A stretch of 64,000 nt of DNA, from the NCBI GenBank assembly GCA_963751275.1, contig CAVVTZ010000009.1, positions 416,001-480,000 of the forward strand, given 5' to 3'. The number at the start of each line of letters is the position of its first letter. The stretch's first letter is position 1. This DNA is from an uncultured Gemmatimonadaceae bacterium. Lineage in GTDB: Bacteria; Gemmatimonadota; Gemmatimonadetes; Gemmatimonadales; Gemmatimonadaceae. The translations under genes and the position numbers were made by a program. Positions 63,519 through 64,000 of the stretch are shown here, one piece after another. The notes beneath the pieces were generated by a model, which had not been told where the DNA came from, searched no databases, and saw only the letters and a program-made list of their open reading frames with translations.

Positions 63519-64000
63519 AAGAGGAAGCCCGTCATCCGCTCGCTCACGTAGGGGAAGAACGGGTTGAATCGCAGCCGCACCAGCGCGTTGGGCGGGATCG
63601 CGAGCAGCCGCTGCTCCCCGAGCAATTCGATCCGGCCCAGGTAGAGCGAGCCGCGCTTCGCGGGGGGCGTCGCGCCATAGAGCGGATCCTCCGGCGCGAT
63701 CGGAAGCGCCAAATGCGACAGCGAGAAGATCCCCGCGGGCCACACGAGCTCCGTCGGCTCGACACGCACCGAGGTATCACCGGCGGCACGCCGCAGTGCG
63801 ACGAGCGCGAGGCTCGCGGTATCCTTGTTCGTCACGAGCGTGACGCCGAAGGTCCATGGCTTACCGTGGAGCAGACGCTCCGCCGGATCGCGGCTGCCGG
63901 GGCGGAACAGCGTCTCGGCATCGGCGAACCGGTTGACGTCGAACGCCACGAGCTCGTGTCCTTCGTTGGCCAGATGCGACAGGAACACGGTGACCACCGC
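63512..64000 (-). CDS. C-terminal part of a probable alpha/beta hydrolase (5' end outside window)
   Basis: Open frame to the window edge; ELVAFDVNR, FSLSHLALP..P.DPLYG, RLRFNPFF. Confidence 0.55.
   Translation of the reverse strand, partial: AVVTVFLSHLANEGHELVAFDVNRFADAETLFRPGSRDPAERLLHGKPWTFGVTLVTNKDTASLALVALRRAAGDTSVRVEPTELVWPAGIFSLSHLALPIAPEDPLYGATPPAKRGSLYLGRIELLGEQRLLAIPPNALVRLRFNPFFPYVSERMTGFLFQ

Overview
High-GC (roughly 70% by eye), gene-dense bacterial chromosomal segment. The gene complement (TamA/TamB, GWxTD protein, DUF6941, TonB-dependent receptor, lgt) suggests a diderm, most plausibly Gemmatimonadota (inference). About 57 CDS. The right third is a conserved housekeeping run on the minus strand: yebC-ruvC-ruvA-aminotransferase-ruvB-GWxTD-queA-tgt-yajC-def-fmt-thiE/tenI-rsmB-PASTA-rpe-tlpA-cdaR-like-tsaD-lgt. 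The rest holds glcDEF, a sigma-70 factor, aroB, a PduO-type adenosyltransferase, a kinase-only Ser/Thr kinase, TamAB, a hybrid histidine kinase, transporters, and an AAA+ ATPase/VWA pair. Many genes, including essential ones, carry single-base indels that look like long-read consensus errors, so several 'fusion' ORFs in the track are artefacts. I found no rRNA, tRNA, CRISPR array, transposase or prophage. The most notable non-coding signals are: (i) a family of palindromic elements with shared TGGTCCCCCGAAC termini (3 copies; the two 116-bp copies show compensatory changes in both arms); (ii) other long structured intergenic hairpins; (iii) at least eight genes with a TANNNT box 5-7 nt before the start codon and no SD, pointing to leaderless transcription. 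Protein-level candidates are a PASTA-only membrane protein plus a distant kinase-only protein (possible split PrkC/PknB system), a Met-rich heptad-repeat lipoprotein and a 60-aa 4xCxxC microprotein. I cannot show a definite new multi-gene system from the sequence alone.
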